From positions 2,593 through 66,592 of the forward strand of contig CBFGMR010000010.1 of the NCBI GenBank assembly GCA_965650035.1: DNA of 64,000 bases, written 5' to 3'. Below are positions 1-9,007 of this stretch, piece after piece. Each line of letters begins with the position of its first letter. The stretch's first letter is position 1. Below the pieces are notes generated by a model. The model searched no databases. It saw nothing but the letters and a program-made list of their open reading frames with translations, and had not been told where the DNA came from. The DNA is from an uncultured Pseudoxanthomonas sp. (GTDB lineage Bacteria > Pseudomonadota > Gammaproteobacteria > Xanthomonadales > Xanthomonadaceae). Made by a program: the position numbers and the translations under genes.

Positions 1-311
1 GAATCAGCACAAAAGACAGAATGAATGCGGGCATATCGCAATTATGCGCGAGATGGACGGCCCGTCAGAGCGACGGCGATGGCTGCACGGCGGCAATCGA
101 GGCGCCCTGCCCGGCATGCACACCGAAGGTGGCCGGCTGAGCGCGTCGACAACCCGGCATGCCTCGCGATCAAGGGCCGGCGCAGGATGACGACGATTAT
201 GCTGCGCCGCGACAACCGATAGTCGGCAAGGAAGAGGAGCCAACCGCCGGCGGGCCAGGAACCGCGCTATAGTTCGCGCGGTCAGTAATGTCCGCCAGAC
301 AGGAGTCTCCC

Positions 312-605
312 ATGCTGCGCCTCAGCCTAGCCTTGTTGTTGATCTGCGCCAGCGCACATGCCCTGGCCCAGAACGGACGTAATGCGCCGCCCAATCCCGG
401 TGCCTGCCAGGAAACCGAGGCGGTCGCTCGCGATGACGCGGCACAGGCCGGCGCTGCGCATCCCAAGGCCAGCGCCACGCGCAACAAGTACGCCAAGCCC
501 GCTTCGGCTTCCCCGGGCGGCGGTGGCGGCGGTAGCGATGACGACGCCCTGCAGCGCGTGCGCGGATCCAAGTGGCACAGTTTCCTGCCGGGCATGTTCC
601 GCTGA
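312..605 (+). CDS. Small secreted hypothetical protein (97 aa)
   Basis: AGGAG at 301-305 precedes ATG 312; signal peptide MLRLSLALLLICASAHALA; Gly-rich linker; ends KWHSFLPGMFR. Confidence 0.7.
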   Translation: MLRLSLALLLICASAHALAQNGRNAPPNPGACQETEAVARDDAAQAGAAHPKASATRNKYAKPASASPGGGGGGSDDDALQRVRGSKWHSFLPGMFR

Positions 606-1354
606 TCGGATCGTGGTTCGGCTGGCCCAAGCGCCGGCCCCATTCTGTCGACACCGCACTCTGGGCTGAAACCCGTCGCTCCGTTCCCCTATTGCACGGA
701 CTGGACGCCGCCCGCGACGCCGTCCTGCAGTCGCTGGTAGCGCGTTTCCTGCACGAGAAAACCATCACCCCGCTCGCCGGCCTGACCCTGGACGCATCGG
801 CGCGCATGCAGTTGGCGGCGCTTTGTTGCCTGCCCTTGATGGAGTTCGGAGAGCAGGGACTGCGCGGCTGGTCGCAGCTGTTGATCTACCCGGATGCTTT
901 TCGGGTGCAGCGCAGCCACCTGGATGCCGCAGGCGTGCTGCACGAGTTCGAGGACGAACTTACCGGCGAATCCTGGGAAGCCGGCCCGCTGGTCCTGTCC
1001 TGGGCCGACGTGCAGGCCGACCTGGCCGATCCCTTCGCCGGCTTCTGCGTGGCCATCCACGAAATGGCGCACAAGCTCGACGCGCTGGATGGCGCGATGG
1101 ACGGCACACCGCCGCTGCCGCGCGCCTGGCAACGCGAATGGGCTGCGGATTTCCAGCGCCAGTACGATGCGTTCTGCGAAGAAGTGGATAGTGGAGGCGA
1201 CACCGTCATCGATGCCTACGCTGCGGAATCGCCGGAAGAATTCTTCGCCGTGACCAGCGAATACCATTTCTCCGCGCCCGAGTTGCTGCTGGCGGAAATG
1301 CCGCAAGTAGCCGCGCATCTCCAACGTTTCTACGGCCTCGCGCGACACCCGTAG
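572..1354 (+). CDS. MtfA-family (DUF980) zinc-dependent peptidase
   Basis: HEXXH motif IHEMAHKLD, YAAESPEEFFAV motif typical of MtfA; true start uncertain (572 to about 602). Confidence 0.85.
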   Translation: MAQFPAGHVPLIGSWFGWPKRRPHSVDTALWAETRRSVPLLHGLDAARDAVLQSLVARFLHEKTITPLAGLTLDASARMQLAALCCLPLMEFGEQGLRGWSQLLIYPDAFRVQRSHLDAAGVLHEFEDELTGESWEAGPLVLSWADVQADLADPFAGFCVAIHEMAHKLDALDGAMDGTPPLPRAWQREWAADFQRQYDAFCEEVDSGGDTVIDAYAAESPEEFFAVTSEYHFSAPELLLAEMPQVAAHLQRFYGLARHP

Positions 1355-1413
1355 GAGCGCCCCATGGGCGCGAGATTTTTCAAGAAAGGCTCGCGCCCAT
1401 GGGGCGCTCCTAC
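1351..1413. repeat. GTAG-family REP doublet (REPIN-like)
   Basis: Perfect 23-bp inverted repeat GTAGGAGCGCCCCATGGGCGCGA (1351-1373) / TCGCGCCCATGGGGCGCTCCTAC (1391-1413) between convergent genes. Confidence 0.85.
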
Positions 1414-1431
1414 AAAAATTATTGCACCTGC

Positions 1432-2877
1432 CTACAAACCCTGCGGCAGGACAACTTCGAAGCGCGCTCCGCCCAGCTCCTGCGAACGCGTCACCTGCAG
1501 CTCGCCGCGATAGCCGCGTACCAGATCCTGCACGATCGCCAGGCCAATGCCGTGCCCTTGCACGCGTTCGTCGCCGCGCACGCCGCGCTGCAGAATATGC
1601 GCAACGTCTTCATCGGCGATTCCGGGACCATCGTCGTCCACCGCCAGCAGCAAACCGGCACGTCGGTTGCCCACGGTCTTGGTGGGCGTGGCGGTCAGCA
1701 GCACGCGCGAGCGCGCCCACTTGAACGCGTTCTCCAGCAGGTTGCCCATCAGTTCCTGCAGGTCGCCCGGTTCGCCGTGGAAGCGTGCGTCCGGATGGAT
1801 ATCGAATTCGCAGATCACGCCCTTGGCGGCATAGACCTTTTCCAGGCCGCGCACGATTTCTTCGGCGTTGGACTCGATGGGCACCGGCGCGGCGAACAGG
1901 GCATGGCCGCTCGAAGCCGCGCGCGCCAATTGATAGGACACCAGATTGTTCATGCGCTTCAGCTGCGTATCCAGTTCATCGCGCAGCGCGATGGCGTGGG
2001 TGCCTTCGTCCAGCTGCGAACGCAGTACCGCCAGCGGCGTCTTCAGACTGTGGGCAAGGTCGGCCAGCGTATTGCGCTGACGGTCCAGATTCTCGCGCTC
2101 GCTTTCGATGAAGGCATTGATGCTTTCGGTCAGCGGCTCCAGCTCGCGCGGGTGCCGCTCGGTCATGCGGCTGGCCTGTCCGCGTTGCACGCGGGTCAGT
2201 TCGTTGATCACGCGCTGCAATGGCCGCAGGCTCCAGTTGAGCACCGCTACCTGCAGCAGTAACAGGAACGCGCCCGCTGCTCCCAGATACACCCACAAGG
2301 CGCCGCGAAAAGTACGCAGCTGCGCACCCAGCACGCGCGAATCCTCCGACACGTAGATCGAATACGGAAACTCGCCTTCCGGCGCGCGGTTGGCGTAGAT
2401 GGTGCCCAATCCGAAGCGATACACGCCGCCTTCGTTGCCGTCGATCTGCCGCATCGGCACCGGGCCTTCGAAGGTTTCCTGCAGCGGCTTGAGCATGGCG
2501 GTCGCCGGCAAGGTAGGGCCCAGGGTGGAATCGGAACCCCAGCGCTCGTTGGGCAGCACTACCTCGGCGTAAAGGCCGCTACCGGGCTGGGTGAAACGCG
2601 GATCGACCGGCAGTTCGGGCGGAATCAGGGTGCCGTCGCGGCCGAATTCCAGCTTGTTGGCATAGGAAATCGCATAGCCCTTCAGGCGATTGCGCAAGTT
2701 GAGTTCGGCAGTGCTGACGAAGGCGCGGTCCAGCGCGTAGCCGGCCAGGAACAGGAAAGCGAGCAAGCCCACGCTGGCGGCAAGCAACTGCCGGGCGCGC
2801 AAAGAACGCGGGCGCCATCCCTGAAAAGGATCGCGCCCGCCTTGTACTGCACCCACGTCCGCCGCGCGCGGGGGCAT
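1432..2877 (-). CDS. phoQ: Sensor histidine kinase, PhoQ-like
   Basis: Two TM segments, HAMP, H-box LAHSLKTPL, N-box GNLLENAFKW, DDDGPG and GHGIGL boxes; ATG 2877 overlaps phoP stop (ATGA). Confidence 0.85.
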   Translation of the reverse strand: MPPRAADVGAVQGGRDPFQGWRPRSLRARQLLAASVGLLAFLFLAGYALDRAFVSTAELNLRNRLKGYAISYANKLEFGRDGTLIPPELPVDPRFTQPGSGLYAEVVLPNERWGSDSTLGPTLPATAMLKPLQETFEGPVPMRQIDGNEGGVYRFGLGTIYANRAPEGEFPYSIYVSEDSRVLGAQLRTFRGALWVYLGAAGAFLLLLQVAVLNWSLRPLQRVINELTRVQRGQASRMTERHPRELEPLTESINAFIESERENLDRQRNTLADLAHSLKTPLAVLRSQLDEGTHAIALRDELDTQLKRMNNLVSYQLARAASSGHALFAAPVPIESNAEEIVRGLEKVYAAKGVICEFDIHPDARFHGEPGDLQELMGNLLENAFKWARSRVLLTATPTKTVGNRRAGLLLAVDDDGPGIADEDVAHILQRGVRGDERVQGHGIGLAIVQDLVRGYRGELQVTRSQELGGARFEVVLPQGL

Positions 2878-3569
2878 CAGCCCTCGTGGTTGCGCGGGAT
2901 GGCGAAGCGGTAGCCGCGGCCGCGTACGGTCTCGATCGGCTTCAGTTCGCCTTCCGGATCCAGTTTCTTGCGCAGGCGGCCGATGAAGACCTCCAGCACG
3001 TTGGAGTCGCGGTCGAAGTCCTGCTGGTAGATGTGCTCGGTCAGATCGGCCTTGGACACCAGCTCGCCCGCGTGCATCATCAGATATTCCAGCACCTTGT
3101 ATTCGTAGCTGGTCAGGTCGATGTTGCCACCGTTGACGCTGACCGTCTGCGCGGCCAGATCCAGCGCGACCGGGCCGCATTCCAGAGTGGGCTTGCTCCA
3201 GCCGGCGGCGCGGCGCAGCAGCGCGTTGACGCGTGCCAGCAGCTCTTCCACATGGAAGGGCTTGACCAGATAGTCGTCGGCGCCCTGCTTGAGGCCTTCC
3301 ACTTTGTCCTGCCAGCTGGAACGCGCGGTCAGGATCAGCACGGGGAATTTCTTGCCCTCGTCGCGCAATGCCTTGATCAGCTCCATGCCGGACATCTTGG
3401 GCAGGCCCAGATCGATGATACCCACATCGAACGGCACTTCGCGGCCCATGTACAGGCCTTCCTCGCCATCTTGCGCCGCATCCACGGCAAAGCCTTCGCG
3501 TTTGAGGCGCGCAGCAAGGGTTTCGCGGAGGGGGGCTTCATCTTCGACCAGCAAAATACGCATGGACAC
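2877..3569 (-). CDS. phoP: OmpR-family response regulator PhoP
   Basis: MRILLVEDE receiver plus winged helix (IETVRGRGY); closely resembles Xanthomonas PhoP as recalled. Confidence 0.88.
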   Translation of the reverse strand: MSMRILLVEDEAPLRETLAARLKREGFAVDAAQDGEEGLYMGREVPFDVGIIDLGLPKMSGMELIKALRDEGKKFPVLILTARSSWQDKVEGLKQGADDYLVKPFHVEELLARVNALLRRAAGWSKPTLECGPVALDLAAQTVSVNGGNIDLTSYEYKVLEYLMMHAGELVSKADLTEHIYQQDFDRDSNVLEVFIGRLRKKLDPEGELKPIETVRGRGYRFAIPRNHEG

Positions 3570-3620
3570 TCCTGTGACTACTAGAACTGGCGGCCAGCAG
3601 GCCCCCGGGTAGGGAACATC

Positions 3621-4019
3621 TTACGGTCGGCGGGGGTTGTCGCCGCGTGCACGCGGCGGCGCATCCTCGCGCGGAAAGCCACGGTCGCGATCACGAGCAT
3701 TGCCTCGGCGCTGCGGATCGTCGTCCATGAAGCGGACGCGGCCACGATCGTCCATGACCTTGACCCGGTTGATCTCGCGGCCGTCGTACTGCACCCGTTC
3801 GGCGCCCAGAATCTGGCCGCCGGTCTCGCGTTGCGCGCGGCGCACCGAATCAGACAACGAAGCGGGATTGCGCTCCGGCGGCATCATGTTTTGGCGCGGC
3901 GGCGGCTCAGGACGCGGCGGCGGCTCTTGCTGCCCCGATTGAGCCCACGCGCCTGCCGCCACACCGGATAGGGCGAGCAATGCGCAGGCGGACAGCAGAA
4001 AGCGGGACAAGAATCTCAT
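3621..4019 (-). CDS. Secreted PepSY-like protein upstream of phoPQ
   Basis: Signal peptide; SLSDSVRRAQRETGGQILGAERVQYDGREINRVKVMDDRGRVR PepSY-like core. Confidence 0.65.
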   Translation of the reverse strand: MRFLSRFLLSACALLALSGVAAGAWAQSGQQEPPPRPEPPPRQNMMPPERNPASLSDSVRRAQRETGGQILGAERVQYDGREINRVKVMDDRGRVRFMDDDPQRRGNARDRDRGFPREDAPPRARGDNPRRP

Positions 4020-4168
4020 AACGGAATCGTAACGGTTTTCGGCTTCCCTGAATGAACGGGAGCCGACGCGGCCTAGTGGTTGATTAGGAAATGGATTCTG
4101 GCGCCGGGCGGTGAATTCGATCTGAATTTATCCACAGCCCGATTCGGCGCGTTCAGGTTCCTGGCTGC

Positions 4169-5080
4169 TCAGAAAACCTCGGCCACGCAGCAGCGGAGCG
4201 AGCCCCCGGCAGCCTCGATGGCCTCCAACGGCACGGCGCGCGGGGCAAAACCGGCTTCCCGCAAACGGCTGCGGGTACCCGGTGTCAGGGATGCCTCCGC
4301 GCCTGCGCTCATCCAGACCGACGCCTTGGACAACGCTATGGCATTACCTGCGAAGGCGGCGTGTTCGGCCGGCGACAGGAAAATACCGTGGGGCGCATAC
4401 AGCCCGGCTATGGCTTCGGGCACGGCGGCATCGGCGAATCCGCCCGCGCAAACCAGGGCCGCACGGCCGGCCAGCACCGCCAGCACCACGTTGGCGTGGT
4501 ATTCGCCGGGCGCCAGATCGAACATCAAGGTGGCGCGCAGGCCAAAGGCTTCGTGCAGCAGTGCGGCGCCTTCCTCGTCGCAGCGTTCGGACAGTCCGCA
4601 GAAGCCAAGGCCCCGCGCGCGGTCGATAACCAGCGCGCCGGTGAGTTCGCATGGATGCGGTTGCACCGACAGGTCGATTTCCTCGTAGCCCAGCAGATCG
4701 GTAAAGAAGCCGCGGATATCGTGGCGCGCGGCTTCGCGCTGACGTATTTCGTGGCGCATGCGCCCCACCACCAACCGGCCCGGTGCGGTGGCGAAGACAT
4801 TATTGGGAAACAGGGCGTCGGGCGTGGCCGGATCGCCGCTGAAGCACAGCACCGGCAACTCCGACGCCAGTGCGCGCTGCAGCTCCCGGTGTTGCGCCTG
4901 CGCCGCGCCCGCATCGAAAGCAGCTGCCTGCGCCATGTACAGGTTGTCGCGCGCCGATTGATCGGCCCGCGCAAACCCGTCCGGCGCCACCAGGAAGGCC
5001 GCACGCGCGGTGGCCGGGCCGAAATCGGGGGCGCTCTGATGCCCAAACTCCAGGAAGGCAGAAGTGTCGCGAGTAAGCAT
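4169..5080 (-). CDS. Amidinotransferase-fold (arginine deiminase-related) protein
   Basis: PDALFPNN, CELTGALV, YHANVVL and C-terminal GGSLRCC motifs of the pentein superfamily. Confidence 0.8.
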   Translation of the reverse strand: MLTRDTSAFLEFGHQSAPDFGPATARAAFLVAPDGFARADQSARDNLYMAQAAAFDAGAAQAQHRELQRALASELPVLCFSGDPATPDALFPNNVFATAPGRLVVGRMRHEIRQREAARHDIRGFFTDLLGYEEIDLSVQPHPCELTGALVIDRARGLGFCGLSERCDEEGAALLHEAFGLRATLMFDLAPGEYHANVVLAVLAGRAALVCAGGFADAAVPEAIAGLYAPHGIFLSPAEHAAFAGNAIALSKASVWMSAGAEASLTPGTRSRLREAGFAPRAVPLEAIEAAGGSLRCCVAEVF

Positions 5081-5257
5081 ACGGATGCCTTTTTAACCAC
5101 CGAAGCGGAAAGACTATCCCAGGACAAGGCTCCAGTTCGGCCTCTTGCTTTGAAGATCCTGCATTTTCAATTTCGATGCGTCCGGCAAACCGGTTTCAAG
5201 GATGGCCATGGCTGTGCGCTCCATTACAACCTGGGTGCCGCCGTCACTAACCTGTGT

Positions 5258-5836
5258 CTAGTCTTCAAGTATCAGGTACTCGCCTTGCGTTCCGGCCCGC
5301 TTGGGAGTCTTACCTACCTTCACGCAAAGCGCGTTGTCTTTTCCGCACCGGGTCAGACTGCCTGATTGGGTTGCGTGCAGAATGTCGGCGCCAAATTCCG
5401 CTCGCTCCAACTCTCGCATGTTCTTCCAGACGAGGTAACTACTGCCCCCGGCTGCAAGCAGCGAACCTATAGTCAGGGCTATCAGGCCCTTCCAGACGAG
5501 CAGGCTCTGGGTTCGCGCCAAAACCCTGTGTTGCTCCCGCATCATTTCTGCCGACGATTTTGCGCTGGCGGCGCTTTGCTGCAGCTCCGCGTTGAACTGA
5601 TGCACCGCCTGACCAGTGCCCTGCACGACGACATCGTGTGCTTGCTCGCCGACCAATCGTACCGCCTGACCCACGAATTGCTCGACATCAACATTGAATC
5701 GTTGCCTGCCTTGGTCCAACGCGCTCGCACTGCTCTCGATCCGCTGTACCGCTGCGGCGTTTCTTGCGTCCAGCTGATTGGCGATGGCCGCCAACTTGAC
5801 CAGCAACTGCTTGACTTCGTCGAGGTTCGAATCCAT
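5258..5836 (-). CDS. Coiled-coil plus single-TM protein (MobB/'relaxation protein'-like)
   Basis: Long Gln/Ala helical N-terminus, TM LLVWKGLIALTIGSLLAAGGSSYLVW, small C-terminal domain with two Cys; RBS AAGGGA; family call is from memory. Confidence 0.65.
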   Translation of the reverse strand: MDSNLDEVKQLLVKLAAIANQLDARNAAAVQRIESSASALDQGRQRFNVDVEQFVGQAVRLVGEQAHDVVVQGTGQAVHQFNAELQQSAASAKSSAEMMREQHRVLARTQSLLVWKGLIALTIGSLLAAGGSSYLVWKNMRELERAEFGADILHATQSGSLTRCGKDNALCVKVGKTPKRAGTQGEYLILED

Positions 5837-5865
5837 TCGTCTGTCCCTTGCGCTCTTCTAATACG

Positions 5866-7317
5866 TCACATCCGCATGGAATGCGGCTTCTGTGCAGGTG
5901 CCTCCGGCACTTGCTGCGCCAACAGCGGTTGCGCCTCGACCTGTTGCGCCTGTTCGTAGGCTTTGACTTCCTGCTGCCAGGATTGGCCTGCGGCTGAATC
6001 AAGAAACTGGTTGGTCGCCGCTTGCGATTCTTTCAGCGTGACTGCGTTATCAACATGCAGAGTTGCTGCGTAGAGTTGGTCGATGCTGGCGTCGAGCGGG
6101 CGGGGCTTCGATTGGACCTGAGCCGCGGGCCGCTGTTGCGGGTGGTCTACGGGAATCCAGGACTCAATGTCCTGCGGAAGCTTCGGCGTCGGCGCTATCG
6201 GCACGGCACGAAATTCCAGTTGCTCCTCCAACTCGGAATTGATCGGCTGGCGCGTGGCGCAGTCCCGGATCTCGCCCCGCTGGCAGAGCACGGAAGGACC
6301 CAGCTCATTGTGGCGGTCGCGAACGCCGTCGCGGTAACCGAAAGTGGTGTACAGCCCACCCATGTGCTGCTCCGACCGATGAATCACGCTCATGGCAGGA
6401 TCGTCCGGCACCGCCCGCTTCTGCAAGAATGGCTTGTCGCTTAACGCATTCAAATAGTCCACGCCCAGGTTGAAACTGCGGACGCCCAGACCATTGTGCC
6501 GGTAAGTATCGCCGATATCGCTATGGCACCCGGCAACGGTCAAGTTGAGCGACGTCATGCCATCGCTCCAACCCGCCGGAATATGATTGGTGGACTTGAA
6601 CGGATCCCGGGCCTCGTTCTCGGCCGTGATCTGCAGCACCGATACCACCGAAGGCGGCAAGCGTCGGTCGTGCTCTTTCACCCCAGTCGCCACCGGGTCA
6701 TAGAGCAGCACGGCCTGAATTGTTTTGCCCGGCGCCACCAAAGGAGGATTGCTGTACTTGACCTGCGTAACCAGATCCTCGCCATCCCGTACAACTCTGG
6801 CGCCTCGCGGATCCTGGATACCACGCTCCTCAATCATGCGAGCAAGCGCCGCAACCTCCTCCGCACCCCGACTGAAACCGATGCCCGCCACACGGATTTG
6901 TGCCTGGGGGTCTTCATCTATCCACTTTTTGGCTTGCTCACAGAACTGCATATATGCAGTTTCCACGCGCCTCTCAAAGGTAAATCCTGAAAAGCCATCG
7001 ATATTGCGCGTTACCGGGTTGTCTTGAGTAAAAGTACCTTCAACGTAACCCGTGGCGATGTTAGGCGACCCGGATAGCTCGATCTGCTTGTGGATCTTTG
7101 CAACCACGCTCCAGTTCTCTGGTGCGTCGTTCGACATACTGTTTCCAGTGCCGTCCAACGCAGCAACATAAAGTCGCTCATGCGGATTGGCAGCCTTCTG
7201 CAGCACCGGCACCTGCATCTTTCCGATTAATTCTTCAGCCTGCCGGTAACTATTAAGATCACTTTCATTCGCAAGTGGAGCGTCGACTCCATCAGGCTTG
7301 TTGTCTATCGTACCCAT
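5866..7317 (-). CDS. DUF2235 / Tle1-like alpha-beta hydrolase (putative phospholipase effector)
   Basis: ALDGTGN, GFSRG nucleophile elbow, LYDPV, GCHSDIG motifs; no signal peptide; Gln-rich tail ending PHSMRM. Confidence 0.85.
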   Translation of the reverse strand: MGTIDNKPDGVDAPLANESDLNSYRQAEELIGKMQVPVLQKAANPHERLYVAALDGTGNSMSNDAPENWSVVAKIHKQIELSGSPNIATGYVEGTFTQDNPVTRNIDGFSGFTFERRVETAYMQFCEQAKKWIDEDPQAQIRVAGIGFSRGAEEVAALARMIEERGIQDPRGARVVRDGEDLVTQVKYSNPPLVAPGKTIQAVLLYDPVATGVKEHDRRLPPSVVSVLQITAENEARDPFKSTNHIPAGWSDGMTSLNLTVAGCHSDIGDTYRHNGLGVRSFNLGVDYLNALSDKPFLQKRAVPDDPAMSVIHRSEQHMGGLYTTFGYRDGVRDRHNELGPSVLCQRGEIRDCATRQPINSELEEQLEFRAVPIAPTPKLPQDIESWIPVDHPQQRPAAQVQSKPRPLDASIDQLYAATLHVDNAVTLKESQAATNQFLDSAAGQSWQQEVKAYEQAQQVEAQPLLAQQVPEAPAQKPHSMRM

Positions 7318-7334
7318 CCCTAGTACTCCTTAGC

Positions 7335-7946
7335 TCAATAGGTGCGGCTAAACACTTTGATCAAATCATCGCGATAGTCGCTGTGTGGCCTATCGGCAAA
7401 CCTTGGTTCCTTCAAGAAAATCATCGCCCGCATGTAAATGTTGATGGTTCTATCATTGACCTCAAGGATGATTTCCGGGGTGGGGACATAGCTGGTTTCT
7501 GAAATATCCACACGTGCCACGTTGTGGCGAATAAGTTTGTCCTTGAATATCTCTCCAATATCGATTTCGGCCCTAAGAGGCGTGCCGTCCTTGGATTTCC
7601 AAGTAACGACGGCTGGTGGTGGGAAGTTGGGGATGGGACCACGGCCTGCCGTGAGCAGCTTCTCCAAAGGTATTCCATAAGATTCAACGGAAGGCCTGGG
7701 CTCGTCCGATCCATGAGGGAAGCCTCGATACAAAATCTCACAGCTTTGAGTATCGAAACACTGCACCCCGAAATTATGGGCAATAAACCATAGCGGCCAA
7801 TCGGCCACGGTACCCGTATAGGGCCCGTGCCCGGATGGCGGCGTCGTGTTGGTAGATGAAGACATGGCCGATTGGCATCCTGTTGATAACAAGCAAAGCA
7901 GCAGAACGATCGATGCAAGCTGCTGCTCACTGGAAAATATTCTCAT
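7335..7946 (-). CDS. Lipoprotein, putative immunity protein of the downstream DUF2235 effector
   Basis: Lipobox LSTGC; 17 bp upstream of the lipase; start may be 7946 or 7988. Confidence 0.7.
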   Translation of the reverse strand: MRIFSSEQQLASIVLLLCLLSTGCQSAMSSSTNTTPPSGHGPYTGTVADWPLWFIAHNFGVQCFDTQSCEILYRGFPHGSDEPRPSVESYGIPLEKLLTAGRGPIPNFPPPAVVTWKSKDGTPLRAEIDIGEIFKDKLIRHNVARVDISETSYVPTPEIILEVNDRTINIYMRAMIFLKEPRFADRPHSDYRDDLIKVFSRTY

Positions 7947-7994
7947 CTTTGCGTCCTGCACCCGCATCCTAAGACGAACCTGCTTCATCCCGCA

Positions 7995-8813
7995 TTATTG
8001 AGAAGCGGCACTATTGTCGGCCTTGCACTGCTGCAGGGAGGCAACCAGCTTATCCGCAAGCTTTCCCAGCCGATTCTCCAATGCGATTTCCGCTTCAGTG
8101 GTGTCGGATGCTTCCACATCCCCAAGCACCGCAACCTCGAACCGATTGGATCCTTTTACGAAAATTCTATGCGCCGAGTGCAAACGTTGCCCTTCGCGCC
8201 CACCAGAGTAAAAACCTCTGGACAAAGGAAAAGGTCCGGCAGGAGTGTTTTCCGCGATATCGGTAAGCTGCAGGCGTATCACTGGACCCCAGGCGGACTT
8301 CCCTGTTTCCATCCTATATCTATTGCCTGGAGGATCCGTGTTGACGGTACGTGCTGCGCGGTGTTCGTTGTCCAGCAGCGCCGCAAAATCCTGGGCTTCC
8401 GAACGTCCTTTCGGCACGGTAGAGGTGACGATGAAAGCTAGTATCGGGCCCTTGTAGGTGGCTCGAAAATAGGAAATTGCGTTCCCGTTTAGCAGACCTT
8501 CGTCTAGACGAGTAACAAATCCCGGATCGGGAAAATCAACGCAATACACATCTAAAAATGAATGGCGGCCGGGCCACCCGTTTCCCTCGAGAGTCACGCC
8601 ACTAGGTCCATACGAGAATTCGTACTCAGCCGCTGCCAAACCCTGGGGAGCAAACATAATCGCTGCAGCAAGAAGCGCTGAGCCAAAACCGGATAGAGAT
8701 AGCAAGAACCGACGTCCTGCCAGCCCAAAGTACAACAACGGCCTGGTCAGCACGGAACGAGTTGCTCCAGAACATCTTTCCATAATGGCATCCTGCCGAT
8801 TAGTCGAGTTCAA
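7995..8813 (-). CDS. Secreted hypothetical protein
   Basis: 272-codon ORF with hydrophobic leader ending GLAAA; AT-richer codon usage; no recognised family. Confidence 0.6.
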   Translation of the reverse strand: MNSTNRQDAIMERCSGATRSVLTRPLLYFGLAGRRFLLSLSGFGSALLAAAIMFAPQGLAAAEYEFSYGPSGVTLEGNGWPGRHSFLDVYCVDFPDPGFVTRLDEGLLNGNAISYFRATYKGPILAFIVTSTVPKGRSEAQDFAALLDNEHRAARTVNTDPPGNRYRMETGKSAWGPVIRLQLTDIAENTPAGPFPLSRGFYSGGREGQRLHSAHRIFVKGSNRFEVAVLGDVEASDTTEAEIALENRLGKLADKLVASLQQCKADNSAASQ

Positions 8814-8957
8814 TTTAGGCCATCAGCGGGCGACGTTCAACTCACATTTGCTTCCAACCCGTAAGCCCGGCTGTAGCCAATCAGCGGCTTCGCTCACACT
8901 CATGTTACTGGGCTCACATCTAAAGCAGCTGCTTGCGAAGTCAACCAGAACCTTGCA

Positions 8958-8985
8958 ATAAAAAAGCCCCGCGAGTGCGGGGCTT
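8958..8985 (-). terminator. Rho-independent terminator after the SLT/NlpC effector
   Basis: Stem AAGCCCCGC/GCGGGGCTT with 4-nt loop, followed on the minus strand by a T tract. Confidence 0.85.
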
Positions 8986-9007
8986 CTGTGGTGGGATGGA
9001 ATGGCGA

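Noticed and set aside
1-34. Possible minus-strand gene start MPAFILSFVLI running off the window
   Set aside because: Only 11 codons and no clear RBS; cannot be supported.
8690-8740. Tat signal (GRRFLL) in the orphan exported protein
   Set aside because: Spacing does not fit S/T-R-R-x-F-L-K well and the start codon is uncertain.
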